Virus record (IMG/VR): IMGVR_UViG_3300010163_000002 | Coordinates: 1 to 64,000 of that record | Length of the DNA stretch: 64,000 nt | From: a virus | Taxonomy: Duplodnaviria; Caudoviricetes | Strand: one strand, 5' to 3' | In this document: piece by piece, positions 1 to 9,442 of the stretch | Layout: each line of letters begins with the position of its first letter | How positions within the stretch are numbered: position 1 is the stretch's first letter | Notes under the pieces: generated by a model | The model's database searches: none | Seen by the model: the letters and a program-made list of their open reading frames with translations, nothing else | What the model was told of the DNA's origin: nothing | Position numbers and translations under genes: made by a program

Positions 1-640
1 TTAGCTTTACCTAATTTTCTAGATAAATCCGTATCATTTATCCACGTTATGCCCCTATACGTTTGGCTTATATTTTTAGCGTCCAATACAGCATCTATGA
101 TTTCTTCATATGATTTACCTCTTGCTCTGCGCCCGCTAACATATGAGCTCCCCTTGCCCAATTTTCTAGTTAGATCTATATCATTTATCCACGTTATGCC
201 TCTATATGTCCCACTTCTTTTTTTAGCGTCCAATACAGCATCTATGATTTCTTCATATGATTTACCATTAGCCCTAGTTACGCGAATATATGCATGATTT
301 TTCCCTAATTTTCTAGATAAATCCGTATCATTTATCCACGTTATGCCTCTATATGTCCCACTTCTTCTTTTATTGTCTAATGCTAGGTCTATGATTTCTT
401 CATATGATTTACCATGACTTATATGGTAGCTAACATATTTTTTACCTTTACCTAATTTTCTAGATAAATCCGTATCATTTATCCACGTTATACCCCTATA
501 TGTGCCTCCAGCGTCCAATACAGCATCTATGATTTCTTCATATGATTTACCATGACTTATATGGTAGCTAACATATTTTTTACCTTTACCTAATTTTCTA
601 GATAAATCCCTATTATTTATCCAAGTTATACCCCTATACA
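1..640 (-). repeat. In-frame tandem repeat, 147 bp / 49 aa unit (one unit 138 bp), at least 4.4 copies
   Basis: The Trp codon of YRGITWIND recurs at 42, 189, 336, 483 and 621. Confidence 0.95.
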
Positions 641-1787
641 TTCTGGCGCCATTGTTAAATATATCATTTATCAAATTAATATATTTAAAGCTATCACATA
701 CTACATTTATTATTGGCCTTCTTATTTTTGCGGCTCCAGATCCATTACCAGATAATTCGCGTGCATTGCTTACTGCTTTTTTGGTTTCATATAGAGATTT
801 AGTAACATCAATAAATAATGGAGATTCTTCGGTTTTGATCTTGCATAATCTACCGAATACTTGTAATAAAGTATGGTAGTATTGCACATGCCTGTATAAG
901 AGTATACCATTCTGGGATTTGGGATGGATTCCCTCTAATAACATAGACACAGATAATATTATGGCCTTGCCATCATAGGAATCAAACTCATTGATTATAG
1001 AATCCGAATCTATTCCATTATATAACTCGAATATTTTATAATCTGGGAACAATCTTTCAATAGATAACCTATTTGCTTTAAGGTCTCTTATTGTTGAAAA
1101 ATATGCTAGCCAATGAGTTATATTTGGATTCTCATCTATTATATTTTGCAACATGGTTTTGGTGCTATCAATATTATACTTGTGGTAATACTTGTCTACT
1201 TCGCCGTTGGTATCTTTGATTAATTTATCAACGTCGTCTATTGCTATAGCATAGTTTATAAGTGGAAATAATCCAGCATCAAATGCTTCAGCAATATCCA
1301 TTCCTTTAATATAATTATCAAAGAAATCTTCTGTATGAATTTCTACATTGTTACAGATTACATTTGGTGTAGCAGACATACCAAAAAAGTATTTACCATT
1401 CTTAACATAATCAGATCCTACTGTAAGAAGATTTTTACCTTGAATATCTGATGCCAAATGATGAGCTTCATCAACAAATATTGCGTCAAAACTATAGCAC
1501 CATTCCGTTATCCTATTAAAAGTTGTAAAGGTTACCATAGTAACATTATTTCTAATAAGTTCAAACTCTTTATAGCTACGAATGTTATTCCATATAGCAA
1601 TCTTAGGAACAACATATAAGACCCTTTTATCCTTAAACCTCTCAGCCACAAGAGCCATAAGAATAAAGGATTTCCCAAGCCCTGTGGCTTGGGAAAAGAA
1701 TATCGAATGTTCTCCTTTATCCATTAAATCGTAGATCTGATTTAATATTTCCTCATTATGGGGATATAATTGTATTTTCTTTTTCAT
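1..1787 (-). CDS. SF2 (DEAH, Res-like) helicase with C-terminal tandem HTH-like repeats; 3' end lies outside the window
   Basis: Manual translation from ATG at 1787 (GGAG SD upstream): QATGLGKS (motif I), VDEAHH (II), MSATP (III), LLEG (V), QVFGR (VI). The frame stays open to base 1, so it is missing from the ORF track. Confidence 0.85.
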   Translation of the reverse strand, partial: MKKKIQLYPHNEEILNQIYDLMDKGEHSIFFSQATGLGKSFILMALVAERFKDKRVLYVVPKIAIWNNIRSYKEFELIRNNVTMVTFTTFNRITEWCYSFDAIFVDEAHHLASDIQGKNLLTVGSDYVKNGKYFFGMSATPNVICNNVEIHTEDFFDNYIKGMDIAEAFDAGLFPLINYAIAIDDVDKLIKDTNGEVDKYYHKYNIDSTKTMLQNIIDENPNITHWLAYFSTIRDLKANRLSIERLFPDYKIFELYNGIDSDSIINEFDSYDGKAIILSVSMLLEGIHPKSQNGILLYRHVQYYHTLLQVFGRLCKIKTEESPLFIDVTKSLYETKKAVSNARELSGNGSGAAKIRRPIINVVCDSFKYINLINDIFNNGARMYRGITWINNRDLSRKLGKGKKYVSYHISHGKSYEEIIDAVLDAGGTYRGITWINDTDLSRKLGKGKKYVSYHISHGKSYEEIIDLALDNKRRSGTYRGITWINDTDLSRKLGKNHAYIRVTRANGKSYEEIIDAVLDAKKRSGTYRGITWINDIDLTRKLGKGSSYVSGRRARGKSYEEIIDAVLDAKNISQTYRGITWINDTDLSRKLGKA

Positions 1788-1810
1788 AATAAAGTTCTCC
1801 TTGGTTAATT

Positions 1811-2107
1811 TTAATAACTTATATTACTATTTTCCAGCAATACTATAGCATCAACAAGGTAATCCAACCCTAACTTTGATGCTATATCTTTAGATATTTT
1901 AGATGAACAATCACCTAAAATATTATCATATTTTACATGTAAATCTGATAATTTTATTATTAAAAACTTATCCATCGGATATTTTACTATATACATATCC
2001 TTAGCTAATTTATCAGCCAATCTTGGCGACAATACGATAGTATTACTATCCAGATCACAATCAACCAATGCTAGTAAATGTATATTTTTTATCTTTTTAT
2101 TAAGCAT
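1811..2107 (-). CDS. hypothetical protein
   Basis: 98 aa ORF with GAGGGG SD, in operon context. Confidence 0.6.
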   Translation of the reverse strand: MLNKKIKNIHLLALVDCDLDSNTIVLSPRLADKLAKDMYIVKYPMDKFLIIKLSDLHVKYDNILGDCSSKISKDIASKLGLDYLVDAIVLLENSNISY

Positions 2108-2127
2108 GCAAAATACCCCTCTTATTT

Positions 2128-2919
2128 TTATTTAATGCATATAGTTTCAGTATCTTTTTTGAAATCTAAACTCATTGCTACCTCGGCTGATAAACATGCG
2201 AAACCGTCTTTAACCGCTTCGCTGTAAATAATATCTAGCTGCCTTAAATGTATTAAGTTAAAATACATTCCATGTATTGACACTCCTAATCTAACAATAG
2301 TTGAATCTCCATTGAATATATCAGCATACTTAGAAGGCAGAACAATTTGCGCTGTTTGTAATTTTGTATTAATTGAGGCTGTAAATACATACTTTATTAC
2401 AGTTTTAGATAATATGTCTTTTGTAACAATATTATCATTATTTCTTATTAATATAGATAATTGTGGCAGATCAAATTCTTCTTTTTGGAATTTAAACTGA
2501 ATCCATTTAGGCTCATTTTCTCTATAATCCAGCCAGCTACTTGGATTATCTTTACCGGTGACTTCTTTCACCATGTCTAATAATCTTTCTCCGGCTTTCT
2601 TGGATTTAAGAAAACAAGCTAAATCATAACCGATTACTCTTGGCCGTGCATATTCTCCATTTTCTGGTCTTGGGTCAGGCCATTCATACGGATGCCACGG
2701 AATTCCTTTCCTTGGATGCTCCTGAAGTTTTGGCGCTTCATCGCCGAATGTTAACCTAGATTGTTTTAATCCATCCGCAAGAATTATAAATTCAGTTTTA
2801 CATTCCTCGCATATTACAGGCAGCGTATCTCCTGTTCTAAAATTCATAGTATTTGATACATCGCATCCGCATTTAGGGCAACCATATTTTAAATAATCTT
2901 TATAACTAATTGCAATCAT
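2128..2919 (-). CDS. hypothetical protein with N-terminal Zn ribbon
   Basis: CPKC...CEEC pair; AAGGAGG SD. Confidence 0.7.
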   Translation of the reverse strand: MIAISYKDYLKYGCPKCGCDVSNTMNFRTGDTLPVICEECKTEFIILADGLKQSRLTFGDEAPKLQEHPRKGIPWHPYEWPDPRPENGEYARPRVIGYDLACFLKSKKAGERLLDMVKEVTGKDNPSSWLDYRENEPKWIQFKFQKEEFDLPQLSILIRNNDNIVTKDILSKTVIKYVFTASINTKLQTAQIVLPSKYADIFNGDSTIVRLGVSIHGMYFNLIHLRQLDIIYSEAVKDGFACLSAEVAMSLDFKKDTETICIK

Positions 2920-2953
2920 ACCTTCTTTATCCTCCTTATAATTACTTCTTGGT

Positions 2954-3103
2954 TCAGCGTAACAAATCGTACCGCAAATAGTGCATCTTACAAATATACA
3001 CCCCGTAATAAACTGCTACAAATTCAATGTCCGAATAACAATTCGGACATTGATTGTTGCAAGAAGCCTTAGGGATTCCTGTGCCAATTCTTAAATTTTC
3101 CAT
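2954..3103 (-). CDS. small Cys-containing protein, possibly frameshifted
   Basis: GAGGTG SD before ATG 3103. CPNC is in frame; a partner CTIC lies in the +1 frame. Confidence 0.4.
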   Translation of the reverse strand: MENLRIGTGIPKASCNNQCPNCYSDIEFVAVYYGVYICKMHYLRYDLLR

Positions 3104-3291
3104 TGTATCACCTCGATAATAAATGCTATAAACCACCAAGTTATTGCTAATACACATATAACATTAAGCATTATATGTGTAGCAAAAAACTTCCTTATTT
3201 TATCTGCAATTGATCTATCCCTTATAGTTATAAGAATAACGCCAATATATAAAATCAATGATATTATACGAGTAACAGTGAATAAACTCAA
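3091..3291 (-). CDS. small two-TM membrane protein
   Basis: TTG start after AGGGAGGG; two hydrophobic segments. Confidence 0.6.
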   Translation of the reverse strand: MSLFTVTRIISLILYIGVILITIRDRSIADKIRKFFATHIMLNVICVLAITWWFIAFIIEVIQWKI

Positions 3292-3292
3292 A

Positions 3293-3691
3293 CTAATCCC
3301 TCCCTTGGAAAAAGAATACATGAGTTTCAATACCCATATACATTGCTATACTAATCATATTTCTTGTGTCTATAGATTTACCGTCCCAGAATATCACAAG
3401 CATGATATTAGTTTTATAAACTGAGGCATCTTTAATTGCTGTCAATGCCATATCAATATTTCTTTCGTATACAGCGTATTTACCGCGCGTTTCCCAATCT
3501 GCCGGCATTATCAATAAATCTGTCCCATAGTCAATGGCAAACTTCTCTCCAAGTTTATCGGCGCCTTCATCTCCACCGGAAATAATTGTTATGTGGTTGC
3601 TTCTAGGGCTTAGAAGATTATAGAGTTTAGTTTGCAACATTTTGTAATCATCAAACTCTCTGCTTCCTGTCACAATACATGTAATATACAT
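3293..3691 (-). CDS. SLOG superfamily (YspA/DUF2493-like) protein
   Basis: VTGSREFDDY, ISGG..GAD, ADW...G..A...RN and FWDGKS motifs. Confidence 0.85.
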   Translation of the reverse strand: MYITCIVTGSREFDDYKMLQTKLYNLLSPRSNHITIISGGDEGADKLGEKFAIDYGTDLLIMPADWETRGKYAVYERNIDMALTAIKDASVYKTNIMLVIFWDGKSIDTRNMISIAMYMGIETHVFFFQGRD

Positions 3692-3751
3692 TTTCTTATT
3701 CTCCTTTGTATGAATACTTACTACAAATCTATATTATACAATTGCTTAATC

Positions 3752-4174
3752 TTAATTATGCAAATTTAAATCATCCGTAAGTTTGTTTACATCTCTGATT
3801 TTTTCAAGCATTAGGCCTAGATAATTTTTACCTTCGCCCTTACACTTTCCCCAGAATCTATCTCCCCATGTGTTGTCCTCTACTATAGGACCATTAACCT
3901 GAAGCAATAAACCCATAAGATTTCTATCGGAAAATTTATAGCATAATAGTTCCCACATGATACGTATTTTAACATGCTCCCAATCGCTTCTTAATCTTAC
4001 TCTTCTACCAAGTCTTTTCGCTTGAGAGGGATTTAAATTAACAAATTCCTGTTCCCTACCAGGACATTTTTGCGCTTGAAACGCTGCTTCTACGCTACCA
4101 TAATGATAACCATTATACTCAATATCACATGGATAAAAATTGCTTAAGAAAAAATAATTTCCTTCCATATGCAT
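3752..4174 (-). CDS. NADAR (YbiA-like) family protein
   Basis: FLSNFY, SVEAAFQAQK, AKRLGR, RSDWE, DRFWG and GKNYLG motifs. Confidence 0.92.
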   Translation of the reverse strand: MHMEGNYFFLSNFYPCDIEYNGYHYGSVEAAFQAQKCPGREQEFVNLNPSQAKRLGRRVRLRSDWEHVKIRIMWELLCYKFSDRNLMGLLLQVNGPIVEDNTWGDRFWGKCKGEGKNYLGLMLEKIRDVNKLTDDLNLHN

Positions 4175-4232
4175 AATTCAATACCTCCGTATATTAATTT
4201 ATCTTAAAGTATTATAATAAATAAAATGTAAC

Positions 4233-4256
4233 CCCGATAGGCGCTAACCTATCGGG
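4233..4256. terminator. intrinsic terminator hairpin
   Basis: CCCGATAGG-N6-CCTATCGGG in an AT-rich context. Confidence 0.7.
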
Positions 4257-4260
4257 AATA

Positions 4261-4398
4261 TTATTTATTTTCTTTATTCTTTTTATCGTGTGGGCAAGAA
4301 AAGCAATCATTCATGGATGCTCCAAAACATCCATAGCAGTGCGAATATGTTTCTTCTTTATTAGGCTTGATGTCTTGGTTTTTATCTTTACTATCCAT
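4261..4398 (-). CDS. 45 aa Cys-rich protein (below ORF-track cutoff)
   Basis: AGGAGG SD; MDSKDKNQ...HCYGCFGASMNDCFSCPHD. Confidence 0.6.
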   Translation of the reverse strand: MDSKDKNQDIKPNKEETYSHCYGCFGASMNDCFSCPHDKKNKENK

Positions 4399-4412
4399 GA
4401 TACTTATACCTC

Positions 4413-4580
4413 CTATGCCGGATCTTCCTTTACACAATAAAACTTCTTTTCCTCAGGACTCATACGCTCTACCGCAACTGGGCATTTTTCAATAAAACAC
4501 TCTGTGCATGTACAGCATCCATCTATTCCGTGTTCTTTACAATATTTATCATAATATATACATTCTGTATTAGGTTTCAT
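4413..4580 (-). CDS. 55 aa Cys-rich protein (below ORF-track cutoff)
   Basis: GGAGG SD; MKPNTECIYYDKYC...GCCTCTECFIEKCP; the stop overlaps the next SD. Confidence 0.6.
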   Translation of the reverse strand: MKPNTECIYYDKYCKEHGIDGCCTCTECFIEKCPVAVERMSPEEKKFYCVKEDPA

Positions 4581-4794
4581 ATAATCCTCCGTTCATATAC
4601 AAGAATAGCAGGAGATTTCAGAAATAATTCATAAAAGATTTATACAATTACCTGTTTGGTTTTGCATTTTGCTAAAAGAAAATGTACAGGGAGAAAACAA
4701 GATTTACTTTTATAATATAATTAGCAAAAATGCACACAATACCTCTTTTATAAATTACATCATCCATTCTCCTACTATTACTATAAAGTTCGAT

Positions 4795-5190
4795 CTAAAA
4801 TAAAACAAAAGATAAAATTAATAAAATTATCTCATGCAATCTTTGATCGATCTCCGTGCTAAGTAACGGTAAAATTTTCTCATCTTTAATTTTACCATGC
4901 ATTCTCATAATCCATTTTACAGGAAAACGACTGTCTATTATCATATGCGAAAATAAAAGCACACAAAGTACAATTAAATTCTTGGCGTAATCAATTTGTA
5001 GCAATAATCCTACTATAAATGTAGTTAAAAAAGCATATATCCATGCATGAGAAAACAAAGCAATAGTGCTAGTTTTTAAATCATCTCCCTTTGACCATTT
5101 GGATTTATTGCGAGCTTGCCAATCAAATTGGAATATAAAATCTACAATTCTCCCTATAATAATACTCAATATTAAAAATTCTAAATTCAT
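4795..5190 (-). CDS. DUF3307-like membrane protein
   Basis: DFIFQ..W.A.NK, H..IY, SHMIID and DQ.LH motifs. Confidence 0.8.
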   Translation of the reverse strand: MNLEFLILSIIIGRIVDFIFQFDWQARNKSKWSKGDDLKTSTIALFSHAWIYAFLTTFIVGLLLQIDYAKNLIVLCVLLFSHMIIDSRFPVKWIMRMHGKIKDEKILPLLSTEIDQRLHEIILLILSFVLF

Positions 5191-5369
5191 AGTTTAGCAA
5201 TCCTTTCTGCTGCATAGCACCCTTTGCACGTTGTATTACTACATTCTCCACAAAATACTCCATTAGGATTATACCCTATAGGAGGGTTATGAAACCCTCC
5301 TATATCGTCTGTCCAATACTCATCTTTTGTTTCTTTGTCTACAATTACACACATTAGTTTCTCATTCAT
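5187..5369 (-). CDS. small Cys-containing hypothetical protein
   Basis: GGAGGAG SD before ATG 5369; CGEC...CKGC. Confidence 0.6.
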   Translation of the reverse strand: MNEKLMCVIVDKETKDEYWTDDIGGFHNPPIGYNPNGVFCGECSNTTCKGCYAAERIAKL

Positions 5370-5383
5370 ATCTCCTCCTCCTT

Positions 5384-8011
5384 CTAAGCAATTTCGCCAA
5401 TACATTCGTTGAACACTTCTTCTAAGAAATTTATATTTTCCTCGAAATTATCTTTAGTTGTATCATTGATAATCTCCTGGCAATATTCATGAAATTCTTC
5501 CTTAGCTTTAACACAAGCTTTAGTTTCCACTTTTTTACCATTTATTTTTGTTATAAATTTCTTATCTGGATACTGTTGTTTAATCCAATTTGAAATAACA
5601 CCTCTTAATGCAATAGTAACAGATTTTTCTGCTTCATCCTTGTCATTAAATACTGACAATTTTACTGTGTTACCCACTTCTTCAAGGCCAATATATTTGC
5701 AAACTCGCATATCAATATCTTTTATATCGAAAGAAAGTTCTCCAATGTGGCTGATCATCTTTTCGATAATTACTCTTGGGCTGCCGGTATTAATTTTTGG
5801 CACTTCCTCCATTGCTTTTTTAACGCCAGTTTCAATAAATCTCTGTTTTATCCTTTCTCTTATTATACCAAGGTTGAGATTTTTAAATTCATCGCAACGA
5901 AATTCTATAGGATGGCTATCTGCATCACAAAGAGTTGTTATATCTGACTTTAACACATCCTGCCATGATACAAATAGTATACCGTACTTATACATCCATG
6001 AATCGTAATGTAAAAGATATACATTATCTCCTATAACAAATTTATTTTTATTTTGTTCTTTTTGATCATCCGTTTTGATTAAATGCTTAAATTTATGATA
6101 TAATAAATCTCTCTCCTTTAAAAATTTGTATTTAGTATCAATAATAATACCCATATATGATTTTCTGAATAATATAACTATAGATTTACTAAATTTGTCA
6201 TAAGACACATCGGACTCATCATATGATTCCTCAATCCAATCTGGCATAATATTTTCAAGTTCATATGCACTTACTTCAGTTGGCATAGTGATAATATCAA
6301 TAGTACGTTTAAATCCCCATTTATCTGTATAATTTATGGTTTTAGGAAAACCAAATACAAATTGTGGGGCATGCAGGCAAGTATTTAATGTCAGTTTGTA
6401 TGATTTTTTATTGGTATCGTAATAATCATAGCCATAACTTTTAAATATTTGGTCGGGAATACCTGCAATGATACATGATATGATATCAAATTTTGAAACA
6501 TCTCTATCCCAATCAAAGTTAACATCAAGAACCGATTTAAGTTTGTCTATCATCTCCTTTACTCTAAAGAATGTTTTCTTATTTATACCATTAGATAATT
6601 TATCTCTGCTGATCCTATTAATGCAGCTATTGTATATATCGATCTCAGCAAGTATATCACTTTTACTTTCAAAGGTGAAGTTATAATACTTATATTTATC
6701 GCCATATTCATTTTTAGCATTATAATTAATTAACGACCCCATTTCAATAATAGATACCGCTTTAATTATAGTATCAACACATCCAATCTTTTCAGCTTCG
6801 ATAATCATTTTAGCAGATCTTACCGATACCGGCATTTTTATCATACGTTTTCCTACTTCAGTTATTTTATCATCCTTTATAGCTCCAAGAAGATTAAGAG
6901 TTTTAATAGATGAAATAATACTTTCTTTATCAGGCTGATGGAAAAACTGCAACGCAATAGGATCGATTCCAACACTCATAAGCTTAAGGACAACCTTATC
7001 AAGTGTTAATCTCTGAATTTCAGGCACTGAGAATTCATCTCTTTCGCCCAACCCATTATAAGAACAAAGAACATAGATGCCATCTTTTGTTCTTCCAGCT
7101 CTACCAGCTCTCTGAAGACAATCTGATTTAGATATATCTCTGATGAATAAACCTTCAACGCCATCTATAACTTCAATACGTTTTTCTTTACCATTATCGA
7201 TAACAACGTCAATATCCGGTATAGTAACTGAAGTTTGAGCTATATTAGTTGCTACAATAACTTTAGATCTAGGATAATGCATAAAACATTTTCGCTGTTC
7301 TGCAGATGATAGTTCACCATATAATGGTAAAATTTCCAGATCGAGCTCTTTACCATCATCTTTAATATCTTCTATAAGATTATCTATTTCCTTCTTACCT
7401 TCAACGAATGCCAAAACATTTTTACCGCATGCGGCATATTCCAATACTCTACAAACCATATCATCATGAGCATTTTCAATTATTTGTACATCATAATTAC
7501 GGCCAGGAATACTTATGCATTTAGCATCACCATAAAAATTAGCAAGCCCCTCCAACTCTATAGTTGCGCTCATTAAAACAACCTTAAGTCTATGACCACA
7601 TTGTCTATATTGCTTGATCCACGCAACAAGGGTTTCGATATTAAGATTCCATTCATGTACTTCATCAAGTACAAGGATTGTATTACTAACATCCTTAATA
7701 CCTTTAGCCATCTGAAGCCCATCTGTACAAAATAAAATCTTAGTATCAGGAGTTTTAGTAGATTCAAACGCAGTATGATACCCTACAACATTTTCATCTC
7801 CCATTTCTTCCACTACCCTATCAGCCAAAGTAATACATGCAATACGTCTTGGTTGTGTAACGATTACATCATATCCAGCCTCATATAAATACTGAGGGAC
7901 TTGAGTTGATTTACCAGACCCAGTTTCTGCTGTCAAAATAACAGTATCATTATCTTCTATAGCAGAAATAATTTCGTCTTTGTATTCATAAATCGGCAGT
8001 TCTTTGTTCAT
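5384..8011 (-). CDS. HrpA/HrpB-like DEAH-box RNA helicase
   Basis: LPI...K.EI, AETGSGKSTQVPQ, TQPRRIA, DEVHE, MSAT, ATNIAQTSVTIP, QRAGRAGR, and an HA2-like region. Confidence 0.92.
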   Translation of the reverse strand: MNKELPIYEYKDEIISAIEDNDTVILTAETGSGKSTQVPQYLYEAGYDVIVTQPRRIACITLADRVVEEMGDENVVGYHTAFESTKTPDTKILFCTDGLQMAKGIKDVSNTILVLDEVHEWNLNIETLVAWIKQYRQCGHRLKVVLMSATIELEGLANFYGDAKCISIPGRNYDVQIIENAHDDMVCRVLEYAACGKNVLAFVEGKKEIDNLIEDIKDDGKELDLEILPLYGELSSAEQRKCFMHYPRSKVIVATNIAQTSVTIPDIDVVIDNGKEKRIEVIDGVEGLFIRDISKSDCLQRAGRAGRTKDGIYVLCSYNGLGERDEFSVPEIQRLTLDKVVLKLMSVGIDPIALQFFHQPDKESIISSIKTLNLLGAIKDDKITEVGKRMIKMPVSVRSAKMIIEAEKIGCVDTIIKAVSIIEMGSLINYNAKNEYGDKYKYYNFTFESKSDILAEIDIYNSCINRISRDKLSNGINKKTFFRVKEMIDKLKSVLDVNFDWDRDVSKFDIISCIIAGIPDQIFKSYGYDYYDTNKKSYKLTLNTCLHAPQFVFGFPKTINYTDKWGFKRTIDIITMPTEVSAYELENIMPDWIEESYDESDVSYDKFSKSIVILFRKSYMGIIIDTKYKFLKERDLLYHKFKHLIKTDDQKEQNKNKFVIGDNVYLLHYDSWMYKYGILFVSWQDVLKSDITTLCDADSHPIEFRCDEFKNLNLGIIRERIKQRFIETGVKKAMEEVPKINTGSPRVIIEKMISHIGELSFDIKDIDMRVCKYIGLEEVGNTVKLSVFNDKDEAEKSVTIALRGVISNWIKQQYPDKKFITKINGKKVETKACVKAKEEFHEYCQEIINDTTKDNFEENINFLEEVFNECIGEIA

Positions 8012-8033
8012 TTTATATTCCTCCTTGTATAAT

Positions 8034-8065
8034 AAATATGAGGGGGATATATCCCCCTCATATTT
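8034..8065. terminator. intrinsic terminator hairpin
   Basis: AAATATGAGGGGGATAT/ATCCCCCTCATATTT inverted repeat. Confidence 0.75.
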
Positions 8066-8740
8066 TTAGTAATTTAGACGGAGTCTAAAGTCGTCCGTAA
8101 CATCATTATAGTCAGCCACAACAAAGTCATCATCATTAAATACCCTATCTCCGGTATTTATTCCACTACCATATATTTTTCCAAATTTGTTTTCTTTGAT
8201 GTAATACCGCCCTTCAAATACGAATTTTTTGCCTATTTTAACACCTGCGACCTTGACTTTGATTAAGCTATTAGCGCAACCCAAACTATTCATGTAAAAT
8301 TGCGGCGGATAACCATAATAAGACGACAAACCAAGATTATTATCATAAATACCTCCGCAAGGGTCCATTCCGCTAAAACCGTACTGGTATTGCGGCAATT
8401 CAGCGGTATATTTATCTTTATGATAAATTTTCAATGAAATTTTCTTATCAGACTCTACAAGTTCAAATTCTTGTATGTTAAATAGGCATATATACCTAAT
8501 TAAATGCTTTTTAACCCGTTCATCCGGCAAGTCAGTTTCTAAAGTAATACTGTAATCATCTTCCTTATCACTCCACTTTACCGTAACGCATGACCATGGA
8601 AGATCGTTATTAGATGATGCATTGTAAGTATACATCATTTCTTCAACAGAATTTTTTGTGCAGAGTGTAATTGTGAAAGATTCTATTTTGTTATTATCAA
8701 AATTATATATTTCATCTGTTAACTGATACATCACAATCAA
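8066..8740 (-). CDS. hypothetical protein
   Basis: 224 aa ORF with AGGAGGG SD. Confidence 0.65.
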   Translation of the reverse strand: MIVMYQLTDEIYNFDNNKIESFTITLCTKNSVEEMMYTYNASSNNDLPWSCVTVKWSDKEDDYSITLETDLPDERVKKHLIRYICLFNIQEFELVESDKKISLKIYHKDKYTAELPQYQYGFSGMDPCGGIYDNNLGLSSYYGYPPQFYMNSLGCANSLIKVKVAGVKIGKKFVFEGRYYIKENKFGKIYGSGINTGDRVFNDDDFVVADYNDVTDDFRLRLNY

Positions 8741-8753
8741 TCCCTCCTGAATA

Positions 8754-9383
8754 TTATTTATAAAATCTTGTATTGCTAGCTTGCGTTATAGTTTCCAGGT
8801 TTCTACTATGCCATGAATCCCCCTTACATGATTCGAAATACAATGAATCTATTATAGGATAATCTGCATTTATTACATTAAATACAGCATCATAGCATTC
8901 CTGATTTGGTTCTACCGCATCCCATCTGCCAGATGATACTGGAGTAAACTGTCCGGGATCATAGATAACGTCTATTATTGTATCTGGAAATTCGTCAGAC
9001 TGAGTTCTATTTATTACAGTCTGTGCTATATATTCTTTACACAACAATGACTCCCCTTCAGCTTCTGCCATAACAATTTTAGCAAGATAATAAATATCAT
9101 CTTCGCTATAATTATGCTTTGGCTTATATGTTTCTAACTCAGTTTCCTTTTCCGTTTCTTTTTCTGTAATAGGTTCTGTAGGGATAGTTTCTAACGATTC
9201 CGCCTTTACTATAGGGGCAGGACTTATATCGATTTTAGCATCTTCTATTATACTAAAATTATAGTCCAATATTCTCCTACTTCTTTCATCCATAATTTGT
9301 TGCCTTTCTACGCTTCTTATACACGTAGCAAATAACATGACGCCTATAGGTATCATGATTAAGTATCTCTTTTTATTATGCAT
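8754..9383 (-). CDS. SleB/CwlJ-type cell wall hydrolase (Hydrolase_2) with N-terminal membrane anchor
   Basis: LAKIVMAEAEGE, VINR..S..FPDTI.DVIY..GQF motifs. Confidence 0.9.
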   Translation of the reverse strand: MHNKKRYLIMIPIGVMLFATCIRSVERQQIMDERSRRILDYNFSIIEDAKIDISPAPIVKAESLETIPTEPITEKETEKETELETYKPKHNYSEDDIYYLAKIVMAEAEGESLLCKEYIAQTVINRTQSDEFPDTIIDVIYDPGQFTPVSSGRWDAVEPNQECYDAVFNVINADYPIIDSLYFESCKGDSWHSRNLETITQASNTRFYK

Positions 9384-9442
9384 CTTTCTTACCCTCCATA
9401 AATATATGGGCTAGCCACCTTAAGGCTAACCCATATGAATTT

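Noticed and set aside
1-640. Repeat region as a CRISPR, TIGR or DGR array
   Set aside because: Units are multiples of three and stay in frame in a protein; changes are block-like rather than adenine-specific; no cas or reverse transcriptase gene is in the window.
49-879. Plus-strand ORFs 49-297 and 652-879
   Set aside because: Antisense shadows of the minus-strand helicase and its repeats.
4590-4770. Short hydrophobic ORF (MDDVIYKRG..., 31 aa) after a promoter-like motif
   Set aside because: The SD is too close to the ATG and the frames are fragmented; more likely a decayed gene. Not enough support.
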